NCBI RefSeq assembly: GCF_009914755.1
Contig: NC_060925.1
Source of the DNA: the human T2T-CHM13v2.0 reference genome, Homo sapiens
Length of the DNA stretch: 64,000 nucleotides
Strand: one strand, 5' to 3'
The notes below the pieces were generated by a model. That model saw only the letters and a program-made list of their open reading frames with translations, did not search any database and was not told the origin of the DNA. The translations under genes and the position numbers were made by a program. Positions 1 through 13,680 of this stretch are shown piece by piece; position 1 is the first letter of the stretch, and every line of letters begins with the position of its first letter.

Positions 1-2889
1 AGAAAGAGGTAGGAGGACGGGGGCGGGGGGTGGGGGGGATGGGGAGGGAGGAGGACGGGGAGGGGGGAAGGGAGAAGGAGGAGCGGCAGAATAGAGCCTT
101 CTAATCGGGTAAAGGAGACCTCCTCAAATCTCTTCAGTTCTTCAGAGTCTACACAGGAAGGCTCCCATCCAACAGCACTCAGAGAGGTTGAGAATCTCAC
201 CCAGTATCACAAAGCCAGTCAGTGGCAGCTCCAGGCCTCAAAGCCTGGACCCTGGCTTTGCCTTTGGAGACAGATTCTCAGCTGCACACCAGTCACCCAG
301 ATTCCTCAGAAACAGTGGGGCCAGAGGCCCCATTTTAGAGGCTCAGAGTGGAAGGCAGTGGAAGAGGTGGAGGCAGCTAGGGGAAGATGAGAGAGGGGTA
401 GAAGGACAAAAGCCTGGGAGTGAAGACTGCCTTTACGTTCACTCCTCAGCTCAGCCCCAGACTGCCGGAGTGACCTTGGCATCTGTTCTCACTGGCGAAC
501 AGCGGCCATCCGCAGTGAAGGTCTGACCCTGAGTCTCCAGGGTCGGTCCACCTCCCACAACCCAAGTCCACGGAGGACCTCCCTCGTGGCTCTGCACAGC
601 CTGGGCACAGCCAGCAGAGGGTGCCACCTCAGCCACAGTGAAGCCCACATTGCCCCAGCGCAGGAACAGCCCCAGGAGGAGGCCCCGGCTGGCAGAGGCT
701 GCCTTGCCTGCTGCTTAGCTCTCAGGAGGTCAACTCCCAGGCGAGCCGACCACAGACGCAGCAGCCAGGTAGAGCCTGCATCTTGCTGCCTCTGCCTGTA
801 AACATGTCTCTGAACCTCTCTGAGCCGCAGTTTCCCCATCTATAAATGGGCCTAACAATAGTGCCTGCCTCATAGGGTTCTGTGAGGAGTCAATGAAGAT
901 CAGCCACATAAGGGCTGAGTTCCTAGCAGCTGCCATTTTTATTAGCAGTAGTGGCAGTTGTATCATATCTTAAAGCGCCTGACACAAAGTGTGTCCAATC
1001 AGTGGTAGCTACGATGACGACAAAGATGATGACGAGGATGTTGCAGGGACTCGGTCATTGCTTGTCTCAAATTTCCTCACCAGGGTGTATCCAGTGCCTG
1101 CCAACCTGGGATGCCTCTAGTGAGGGGCATTGCTGCCTTCCTGGCAACACTGCCAGACCATCCTTTTGCTGAAAATTGCCTCCTGGAAGCCATCCCCCTA
1201 CCTGGCCCACCCAACTCCCCGCTCAGGATGATGCAGCTGGCCCAGCCTCTGGCCTCAGGCCCCTTTGTTAAAAGTCTGCATGAGAGGTCTCAGAGAAGGC
1301 TGGAGGACAGATCCAGCAGCTGGACTCATCCCTTTGCTGGAAGGGAAGGGAACCCGGGTGGCTTCCCAGGCAGGAGATTCTCAGTGGGTCTTGTTCTTGC
1401 TGCTCAAAGTTCCTTTTCTGCACACTGGGAAGAAATAAGTGAAAGAAAAAATCCCTGTGTTGTCTAAACCTCCCCTCATACCTCCGACCCAGGAATGGCT
1501 GGAGGCTGAAGAGGGAATATGATGGCCCAGAGTGACAAGCCCAGGAATGCTGGCATTCTAGTTGGCTCTGGTCCCACCTGCTGCCAGACACACCCATCTG
1601 TGTTTGTGGGTCCCGGGGTGAGTGCTTATGGGTCTGGCATCAAGGGGTCTGGTGAGGAAGGCAAGAGTCCAAGGCTTGGAGCCAAACAGTTTGGGCTCAC
1701 ACATTGGCTCAGCCCCGCACTACAGTGTGACCTCTGGCAAATCACTCTCCTGGCATCCATCCCAGCGTGGTGTTTGGGGAACACAGGAGATGTTACATGT
1801 GAAGAGGAAAGCGCAGGACCTGGCACGTGCTAAGTATCTATAAATGTTGCAGTGGGTATTATTATAAAGTGCAAGTCCCTCATTTCCCCGAGATGCTCTC
1901 TGCATCTGAGTGGGCCAGGGTGGCTGTGGGAGTGGGTTATGTCAGGCAGGATGATGTTCTGACCCACTTCTGGGTCAGCGGGCCAGGGCTTGAAGCGCCA
2001 TGCCCGTGCCTGCATTTGCAAGGGTGTGTGTGTGTGTTTGGGAGGAGGAAGGGGTGTGCATTGGATGTGCATGTGTGCAAAGGTGTGCATATGCTTGTGT
2101 GCATGCACCAAAGGCTGCCCCATCCCAGGCATTCCTGGGGCAAATGCATACTTGCAGGTACCAGTGCAGTCTCCCAGCAGTGATTCAGGAGGCCCTGCTG
2201 TTCACTGTTACTATGGAAACAATGAGGCAATCCTCAGCCTCCGGTAGATCCTAAGGTGCCAGGAATGAGAGCTGGCCTGGTCTTCCCAGGGAGGGAGACA
2301 AATTGGGAGCACAGGGTTCCTGGGATAGGGCAACCTCGGACTCCGGGTGGGGTTCTGGAACTCTGGGTACCCCTGGACCCTCTGGGAAGTCTTCTCACTC
2401 CTCCAAGGAAGCCTGGCCCACTGGAAAGAGCTCGGAGACAGAGCTGGGTTCTAGCTTGCCTCTGGCTCTAACCCCATGCATAGTCTCAGGGAGGGAACTG
2501 GGGTGCCAGCAGCAGTCTAGAGCTGGGGTGTGACCTTTCCTCTCACTAGGGCACCTGCCGGCAAAGCTGTGTGAATGTGTATCCCAGAGCCCTGAAGTGT
2601 CACGGAGCAGCCTCCTTCACATGCACTACCCTCCACAGTGTCTTGTAGGTTCCCCACAGCAGCTCTGCAAGGGAGGCAAGGCTCAGCTACATGCACAGTC
2701 CCTCCGCCCCCAGAGCCACACCACACAGGTGGCTGGGAATTCCAACCACTTTTCTGGGTCATGAGGAGCAGGCTGGGAGGAGAATCCCCCAGGGCTATGG
2801 GCAGTGGATGCAGCGTTCAGCCTGGACAACCCCAGCAGAGCTGGGCCGCTGGAAGGCTTCTGGGAGGCAAATCCCGGTTTAGGGGGCAC

Positions 2890-4400
<1,511 letters not shown>

Positions 4401-6671
4401 TGACTCAAGTCTCAAATATCCTCCATGTCCAGGTTTTAATACATTCAGACAGAAGGGAATATAAAGTTAGAAGTGAAGACTCAGCCTCCTGCCCTCCACT
4501 CCACTTCCAAGAAGTGACTGGTCCCTTTGCCATGACCCAGGAATGATTTTCAAACGGTCCCGTCCAAGATAGACCAAGAGAAGTGGCAGGATTGAGCTCC
4601 CCAGCAATGGAATTATGGAAGAAAGATCTCAATGTTTTGATTACAGAGGCTGTGAAGGGGCCACTTCTAATTGAGGGGAGCAGAAACAGGGCAGGCCTGG
4701 CTGGGTGATCTCAGGCAAGTCACTGTCCCTCTCTGGTCAACTCCTGAGGCCCTTCCAGCTATGAGTTGCTTTCACCAGCAAAAAGAAAAGTGACTACTCT
4801 GCTGGGCAAGTGTGGCCTGGATGTGACCCCAGATGCTGGCATTACTTCACCCATCCCACCAAGGCCAACTCCCATATGGGAGAGATTAGGGCTGAGAGAG
4901 GGTCAGGGAGCCCCTTCATCTGGTGTGGGGAAGATCCTGGTCATCCGGGGCAGGGGTTGCTGGGCTGGTGGGACATTATTAGGGGAAAGGAAGGTAGAGG
5001 GAGAAGAGATGGGGTGGAAGGTGAGGGTTAAGGCATGTCTCAGAGAGCCTCTGGTAGGCAGCAGGGAGCCATGGAAGGTTATTAAGCAGGGAGGAAGGTA
5101 ATCAGATTTAGAGAAACTGATCAGAGCAGGGGAGCTGTGGGAAGGCCAGAGCTGTAATACCAGGCAGATATGACCAGGAAGTGAGTGGCACTGTGGAGAA
5201 GAGGGCAGGCCTGAGACCTCCTCTGCTACAATGGGCCGGACTTGGGAAGAAGGCAGGTGTGGGAGTGAGGAAGAGGGAGGGGTCCTAGATGGGGTGGGGC
5301 CTCAGCCTCCTTTGGTGGATGGAGGGGGCCCAAGGGCCGGACAGGCTGTGGGAGAAGGTGATGGGGTGACCATTGGCAGGCTTACGTCAGGGTGTCTGCG
5401 GGCTTCTGGCAGCAAGTCCCGGAAGTGGCTGGAAAGGCAGGTTTTACAGAAAATGGACCAGAGGGGTTGTTTTTGCCAACTTTCCCCAAAAGACAAAAGG
5501 CCATGCCAGGATTTGAACCTGGATCTGTCACCCCGGGAAATCTGTACTCTCATATTGAGGAACCAGCTAAGATGCAGCACTTTCTCTATCTCTTGGGCTC
5601 CCTGACAGTGGACTTGGCATGGAACTGGGTGCTTTTACCCAGGAGTCAGGGCTCTTCTTGGGGACCCATTGGAGCCATCTCCATCTTGCAGAGCTCAGCA
5701 GCCTCAGGGGCTCTCCCAGCAGGATCTTCAAGCCTAGACTTCTGTTTGGAGAAGGACCACCTCAAGCAGCCCCAGCCTTCCTGATCTCCCAACACCAGGG
5801 GTTGCCTAGGAGCCACGTGGAGCCCTGTGAGTACTGACAGCCAACATTAGCTGGGCACTGACTGGGCGCAGGCGCTATGCCAGGCACCTCGCAGCTCCCT
5901 CCCTCTTAATCCTCACAGCAGCCCTTCCAGTGCTATTATTATTGTTTCCATTTACAGACCAGGAAACCAACCGAAGCTTCCAGAGGTCAAGGACCTTGTC
6001 CCGCTCCTCTACGGGGTGGGTAACGCTGCTGTGTGACCTGGGCTCCGCATATAAAGTGAGGGACTTTGCTTGAGGGCCCCCAGCACCTCACACTCCATCC
6101 CTGACTTTGGGTCTGCGGTTCCAGCTCCCAGGACTTTCCCACCTCCCGCCCCAGCGTGCTGTTTCTTAGGGCCCAGCTCCCTTGGGAACAGCCAGGCCCG
6201 TCCCCTCCCCCTCCCGGGCTGTGCTCCTGGCAGCTCTGCCGCCCTAGGCTCTGGTCCGGGGGTGGTCCCTGGCAGAGAGGGGGCTGGGCAGAAGATGGGA
6301 TGCTGGCGCTGAGATGCGGGGTATTCGGAGACCCCCAGGCCCCCACCTCAGAGCCCGCTGTGCTCTAGGCTGGGGTGGGCAGGGCCTTTTGGAAAGGGGT
6401 GGCTTGGGGTTTTAATCACTTTTTCAATGTTTGTTTGTGTAATTCAGCCCCGAAATGCTTTTCCCTCCATCTGTCCCACCATCTGCTCCTGTCAGGATTT
6501 TCCAAACCGTTTGGGACCAAAGAGGCAACAAGGTGGGGGATGGGGGGTAGGGGATGGGGGAGTAGGGTGGCTGGGCCTCTGAGGGGGCTGGGGAGGGGCC
6601 ACCTTCACCCACTTCATTGAGAGGTTTCCAGAGAGAGCCTGGGCTCCTGAGTCACACAGAACTGGGTTCAA

Positions 6672-7268
<597 letters not shown>

Positions 7269-9799
7269 AGAACTGGGTTCAAATTCTGACACTGTTGCTT
7301 TCTTGCTGTGTTACCTCAGACAGGTGACTTTACTTCTCTGAGCCCCAGTTTTCCTATCTGTAAAATGGCAGTTAACATTATTGATTCCTCAGAATCATTG
7401 AAGATCCAGTGAGGTGACGTGTGCAGAGAACTCTATACACTATAGGTGCTTGAGATATCACGTCTCTCTCTCTCTGGCATCCCAGGAGCAGTTCTGTCCC
7501 TCCCTTGGTAGTGCTAGAGGAGGGTAGTCGGCCCTGATTTATGTGCCCTCTCCTGCCTCCTCAGATGCTGGGGACTTCCCCTCCCCTGGAACTTGCTCGC
7601 CCTTCCATGGACCCTGCCACTGCCTGGCTCTCTCAATTACCTGCCTCTGCTTCTACCCCACCCCTGCCTCTCCCTCCTTCTGGGTGCCTCAGTCTGAGGT
7701 GGGAGGGACTAAGTATCACCAGCAAGGACACAGCCCCACACACAAGAGGCTTCCAGGGTCAGGAGGCCTCATTCATTCATGCTTACATCACCTGTCTGAA
7801 CTCTCTGCTCAGAAAGGGGAAGAGACTTGCTCTGGGTTGTCCAGATCGAGGGACCCAGGCCCGCTGCCCAGCTGCCCCTCAGCCCCCCTTTTCATGGCCA
7901 TATCTTAGAGCACTAGGGCTTGGACCAAAGGCCGTGTTGTGCAGTGTGGGGAGCCCTGAACCTTCTTTGGCTGTTGGGGGGTGGGCTTGCAATGCTTCTT
8001 AGTCCCTCTGAAAGGTGCAGGTGGCTGATGGGAAGTAGCAGCAGAACCCACTAGGGCCCACACTCTGCCTCCAGAACCACCTACACAGTCTAGGTGCAGG
8101 GAAAGACAAAGGCAGGAGGGGCTCATGGGGATGCGAGACATGGCCTTGCCTTCCAAAACCCCTATCTACTGGGGAGACAGAACACAGACTGGGGGTCCGA
8201 AGGCAGGGCACCAGAGTCACCCTCAAAGAAGAAAGGTGGTTGGTGGTGGGGGTGGGGAGAAGTCAGCCCCTGAGGGGGTGAGCCTGCAGGAGGCTGAACT
8301 GGGGAAGTGGGGAGAAGGCAAAGAGGGAGCTGAGCAGCCCAAGATGGGGATAAACTGAGTCCCCCAAGGATAAAGAAGAGGATCCAGACCACTCAGGAGA
8401 GAGAGGAAGGGGTGATGGGGGAGGGGGCTGAGGAGGTGAGGGAGGGTGGGACCGTCTCCCCGACCCCAGCACAGCTGGCCCCCCAGGCCTGGTGGGGAAA
8501 TGGGAGGGAGCTTGCCACTGGAGGGCCCTGGGGTGGGGGCTGAGCAGCGAGTCTCTCCCAGCCCCCAGGTCCTCACGCAGGAGGCAGCTGGGAACCACCC
8601 ACGCTCATCTGGTGTCTCTCACGCCTCCACTGGGGGTCCCAACATCAGAGCCAAGGCACACAGTGAAGCCGGTGTTCCGGAGAGCCCAGCTGTCCCCACC
8701 CCACCCCGGCTCCTCAGTTCCTCCAGCCGAGACCTCCCCACCTGCCTCCAAGCAGGAGGGACTAAGGCTAGACTCTGAGGACTTGAGAGGCTCAGTCTGG
8801 GAGCCTGGAGGCGGAGCCCTGGGGTGCCAGGAGGGGCTGAGCTGCCGATGCTGAAGAAACTCTGGGCTGGGAAGGGCCCTCTGGGCAGATGGCAAATGCT
8901 GCCGGCTTTACCTGCGAAGTAAATCCAGAAACCAGACCCACCCCGGCCATCTCTCAGCCTGAAATGGCCCCTTCTCCCACCTTGCCCCCAACTCCTCAAA
9001 GTCTCTTCTTGACATAATAACCCAAGGAAGCTGTCCACATGGAGGTCACACCCTCTCACTCTGCTCAAAGCCCCCCAGGACTTCCCATCTCATCTGGAAT
9101 AAAAAGCCTAAAGTCATTGTCATAGGCCCCAAGGCCCTGGATGGCCCCAATGGCAGTTACCATTCTAACTGCCACACCCAAATCCCAACGTTTAAAAACA
9201 CATGTCTAATATCGACATGTATATTGTGTCCATTGTTTATTGTCTGCGCCTGTAGTCCCACTATCTAGACAGAACAATGCTGGCCGCAGAACTAGTGTTT
9301 TATATGTATTTGTGGAATGAATGGATGAGGGCGCACACACTGGAAAAATCACTTAACCCCTTTGAGCCCATTTCTTCATGGGGACAATAAGGACCAACCC
9401 CTAGAAATGGAAAAAGGACAAAATCTCAGCCCAGCATGCGGAGAATGTTGCTGAGGCTGGGGGCAGGAGGAGCTGGGCTAGGGGTCATCGACTCTGGAGA
9501 GGAGCTGTGCGGTCGGCAGGCAGTGGGTAGGTGCCACAGGATCCCCAGGCAGATGTTCTGCCCTCCTGTCATGGCCTGCACAATCAGAGGCTGGGGAGGG
9601 AGGAAGGGAGGGGGTTTCCTTGATTGGAAGGGGGAGTGGGAGGAGCAGCTGACACCAAAGTTGGGAGGTGGGATTAATTCTGAGAGGGGGGTCGGGGTGA
9701 GGTCTGGAGTGGTGGGTTTGACATGGGGGCCGGCTCGCCAAGGTGGAGGTGGGGAAGGGGGCGTGTCTGGTCCCCTACCCCGAAGACCTCAGTAGCTGG

Positions 9800-10660
9800 A
9801 GGAATGGGCGCTCCACGCTCCCAGCTCCGTTAGTTGGGAGTTGAGGCGCAGGAGCAGGGAGGGTGCCCAGGGTGCCAATTCGGCCCTCGAAGCGACGTGC
9901 GGCTCAGAGCCCAGGTGGGTATGGGGAAGGAAGCGGGGCGGAGTGGCCTGGGATCGCCCCCGGCTCAGGAGAGAGACCTCTTGGCACTACCGTGTCCCTC
10001 CATTCCGGCCACCAGAGCCGAGGTGCCGAGGAGAGGGGCGCCGCGATCCTCCTCCCCGGGCAGGGTGCTCCCTCGAGGGGGACCGGGGAACTGAGGGCGT
10101 CCCCTTCTCTCCGGGGCGGGGGTGGGGGGCGGAGCCCAGCGCGCCGCTCCCCAGCCCCCAGGGCTGGCGGGGACCCCCCCAGGGGAGGGGCTCCGGGTGA
10201 GCGCTGCGGGGCGTCTCCCTCGCAGTCCCGCCCGCCCCTCCTGCCGCCCCTGCCGCGCGCGCCGCAGCAGCGCCGCCTTCCCTGCGCAGTCGGTGTCTCC
10301 GCGTCGCTGGGTGAGTGGGGGCAGCTCCAGCCGGGGCCGGGGGATGAGGGCAGGGGGTTCCCGGAGCTGGGGGCCCACGTCCAGGGCTTCCCAACACCGC
10401 CGCTCCCGGGCTTCCCGGGAATCCTTGCCCCGGGTGGCGGGGGCGCTGGGGACTGGGAAGCGCGCGGTGCTCTCCAGGGTCCTGACCGCCGAGTGGCCGG
10501 CCCCTAGGAACCGCGTTCGACCGCCCTGGAGCGCCCCCTCCAGGAGGGGCCACGCGCCGGGCGCTGTCCTAGTGCTGAGCGGATGGAGGCGGGGGCTGGG
10601 GGACAGAGCTGAGGGAGGTTTGGAGCGGGTCCCCGGGGCTGGCTTCTCAGGTCGAGCTGA
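9800..10660 (+). promoter_or_regulatory. HPCA: CpG island / HPCA promoter
   Basis: Very GC- and CpG-rich, GC boxes (GGGGCGG), upstream of the HPCA coding exons. Confidence 0.85.
10220..10310 (+). other. HPCA: HPCA non-coding exon 1 (start approximate)
   Basis: Consensus donor TGG|GTGAGT at 10310/10311 inside the CpG island; coding exon acceptor CCCAG|G at 12672/12673 needs an upstream exon. Confidence 0.7.
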
Positions 10661-12693
10661 GGGGGTTCTTCCCATATGGGGGACTGGAGGTCTTTGCGGG
10701 CAGCTGAATCTTCTTGCAACCGGGAGGGGCAACTCCGAGGGTGGCAGGGCCCAGGGGGCACTGGAGGAGCTCTCTTGCTCCGCGCATCTCTCTGCCCCCA
10801 CCCCGGTGACCCAGTTCCTTGGACCTTGAGGAGGGCAGTGCGGGACATGCCCCAGCCCTTCTCATTTCCTTAGCCCTTTCCCACTCACTTGTCCGGTGGG
10901 TCCTTAGCCTGGGCCATAAGAGGCTGGTCTAGAAAGGAGGGGCACCAACTTACAGAAACATGCATGTGACACACCGCCGAGGACACACACGGGTCCTCCA
11001 AATGGCCACACGGGCTCATTCCCTCACGCTGTGACGGGTGCATACCTGATCACATGCACATCTGAGGCACATGCAGGGACATAGATGGAAAGACACGGCA
11101 GGCAAATGCAATGCAAAAACCAGCGGCACACATCATGCATGAGCACATGCACTCACAACACACCCATTCACATGTGTGCAGAGCTTCATGCACATGTATG
11201 CACAAGGAGGCCCCTCCTTGCCCTAAGTGGGTGGGGGTCACCTGCACACACGCCTACATCCTTGTGCAGAACTGGCTGGCTGTTTCCTCTTCATTGCCTT
11301 CTACTCAGCCTCCACAATCTAACCTGCACTCAGGGGACCTTTCAGGACTAGATGAAGGGTAAGTGTTGGGGAGGCTTGGATGGGCTTGGTGGGGGGTCTC
11401 CTTGGAAAAGGGGCCCCGAGCAGGTCTGGGAAGGTTTGCAGCTCCCTCTCCTGGGACCTGGCAGCACCCCTGGGAAAACAGAAGGAAAACAAAGAAAAAT
11501 GGCAAGGGTGCCTGAAGGTCCCACGTGCAGCTGGCCATGTGAGAGGTGTCGGCATGCGAGTTGGCGTGTGATGGCATGTGTGAGACATGTGGGGTCGTGG
11601 GCTGGTGTGTCTTGATGCACAGGGTATGGGAGTTGTGCGTGGTGCCATGTGTCGATTCGTGTGAGTTGTGGAGCAGAGGGAATGTCGTCATGTGTGGAGG
11701 CATGCTGACCCATGGGTGGGCGTGGGCTGGTACGTGAGTGGCATGGGATCCAGGGTGTGGATCTGGTGAGCTATGAAGCATACAGTTATCGGTATACATT
11801 CATTTGCACAGTTTTTGCATGAGTTTTGTGGCACCTGGGTATATGTAAGTCATTTTTATTTATTTAACATTTATGTAGCACTTATCTATGCAGCCATGGT
11901 TCTAAGTGCTTCACACATATTAACTAATTTAATCCCCAAAACAATCCTCTTAGGTAAGTACTGTTATTACCCCACTTTAAAGATAAGGCAGAGAGAGTTT
12001 AAGGAACTTGCCCAAGGTCACATAGCTGGTAAGAGGAGGAGCTGGGATTCAAACCTAGGTGATCTGACTCTGGAGCCCACAGTAACACCTCCCTCTGCTG
12101 CCTCTTGTTGGGCACACCTGTCAGAGGGAGAACAGGGCAGTGTCTGGGCTGCGGGTATATTCAGTGCTGAGCAGGCACATGTGAGGCAATGAGAAGGCAG
12201 TGGGTAGGACGGAGGAGGATCAGAAGGTTTTTCTGCACCTCTGTGGGCAACTCTAGGAGTCAGCCTCATAATGCCATGGCTGTGTGACCTGAAGCAGCCA
12301 CCTCACGTCTGTAAGCCTGCCTTCTCATCTGTAAAATGGGGCAAATCCCCATACAACCTGTTGCGAAAGTGAATTGGTGTGCATTTGTGAAGGCTTAGTG
12401 GCTGGCACCTAGAAGGGCCTCAGTAAATGTGAACCACCCTTCCCTTCCTCCCTCTCCCAGGAAAGCGTATGGTCCAGGGAGATGGTGTGGAGCATGGCAT
12501 AGATACAGGATGCCTGGGTCTAGGCTGTGTGACCTTGGGCCAGTTCCTCTCTTTCACTGGGCCAAACAAGAGGCAGGGATGGCTGTTGGCAGGGGGGCCC
12601 ATCTGGAGCAGTGTCTAGTAGCCAGGAGGGCCTGATCACTCCTCTCTGCCCTTGACCCCCTTGGGGACCCAGGTGGGACTTGGCTCGGCGGCC

Positions 12694-13071
12694 ATGGGCA
12701 AGCAGAACAGCAAGCTGCGGCCCGAGATGTTGCAGGACCTGCGAGAGAACACAGAGTTCTCAGAGCTGGAGCTGCAGGAGTGGTACAAGGGCTTCCTCAA
12801 GGACTGCCCCACAGGAATCCTCAATGTGGATGAGTTCAAGAAGATCTACGCCAACTTCTTTCCCTATGGTGACGCCTCCAAGTTTGCCGAGCACGTCTTC
12901 CGCACCTTTGACACCAACAGCGATGGCACCATAGACTTTCGGGAGTTCATCATTGCGCTGAGCGTGACCTCGCGCGGCCGCCTGGAGCAGAAGCTCATGT
13001 GGGCCTTCAGCATGTATGACCTGGACGGCAACGGCTACATCAGCCGGGAGGAGATGCTGGAGATCGTGCAG
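12694..13071 (+). CDS. HPCA: Hippocalcin (neuronal calcium sensor) coding exon 1, aa 1-126
   Basis: GCCATGG Kozak; [17 protein letters not shown]-myristoylation motif; inactive EF1 (CPTG), EF2 [14 protein letters not shown]3 [12 protein letters not shown]; donor CAG|GTGGG; exon starts at 12673. Confidence 0.98.
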
Positions 13072-13199
13072 GTGGGCCCCTGGGCCCCTCAGAATGCCAG
13101 GCACAGGGCCCGGCAGCTTGCACCCACCACCCCTTTTGATCCTCTCAGCAGACCTCGTAGGCATGTGGTGGCAGGGGATATTCTTGCAATCCCATTTTA

Positions 13200-13680
13200 A
13201 AAATTGTTTTTAGGAAATATTTCCCATTTAAAGAAAAGTTGAGAAAACTCCCCTATACCCTCTACCCAGATTCACCAATTAACATTTTCCCACAGTTGCT
13301 TCATCATTATCAGTGTGTGTGTGCGTGTGTGCACACTAGTGTGTAACATTTTCTTGCTGTTCTGAACATTGGCCCTTTACCCCTGGATACATTAGGATAT
13401 ATTTCCTAAAAATAAGGACATTCTCTTACATAACCCATAATATGATTACCAAAGCCAGGATATTTAACATAGAAACAATGCTATTATCTAATCTACCAAC
13501 CATATTCCAATTTTGCCAACTGTCTCCATAATGTTCTTTATAGCATTTTTGGCCCTGACCTGGGGTCATGCATTGCATCTAGTTCTCATGTCTCTTTAGC
13601 CCCCTTTAATCTGGAATAGCTCCTCATCCTTTCTTTATCTTTTATGAATTGACATTTCTGCAGAGCACAGTCCAGCTATG
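13200..13680 (-). mobile_element. Old L1M 3'-end fragment in HPCA intron 2
   Basis: AT-rich block resembling L1MC/L1ME 3' UTR (ACCCAGATTCACCAATT, ATTTCCTAAAAATAAGGACATTCTCTTACATAACC). Confidence 0.65.

Noticed and set aside
9834-10865. Many long overlapping ORFs (up to 278 aa) on both strands
   Set aside because: Pro/Gly/Arg-rich products of a stop-poor CpG island, mostly non-ATG starts, no recognisable domain
12652-13200. 182-aa ORF as a single-exon calcium sensor
   Set aside because: The real start is ATG 12694 and homology ends at the donor at 13071; the extensions are intron sequence
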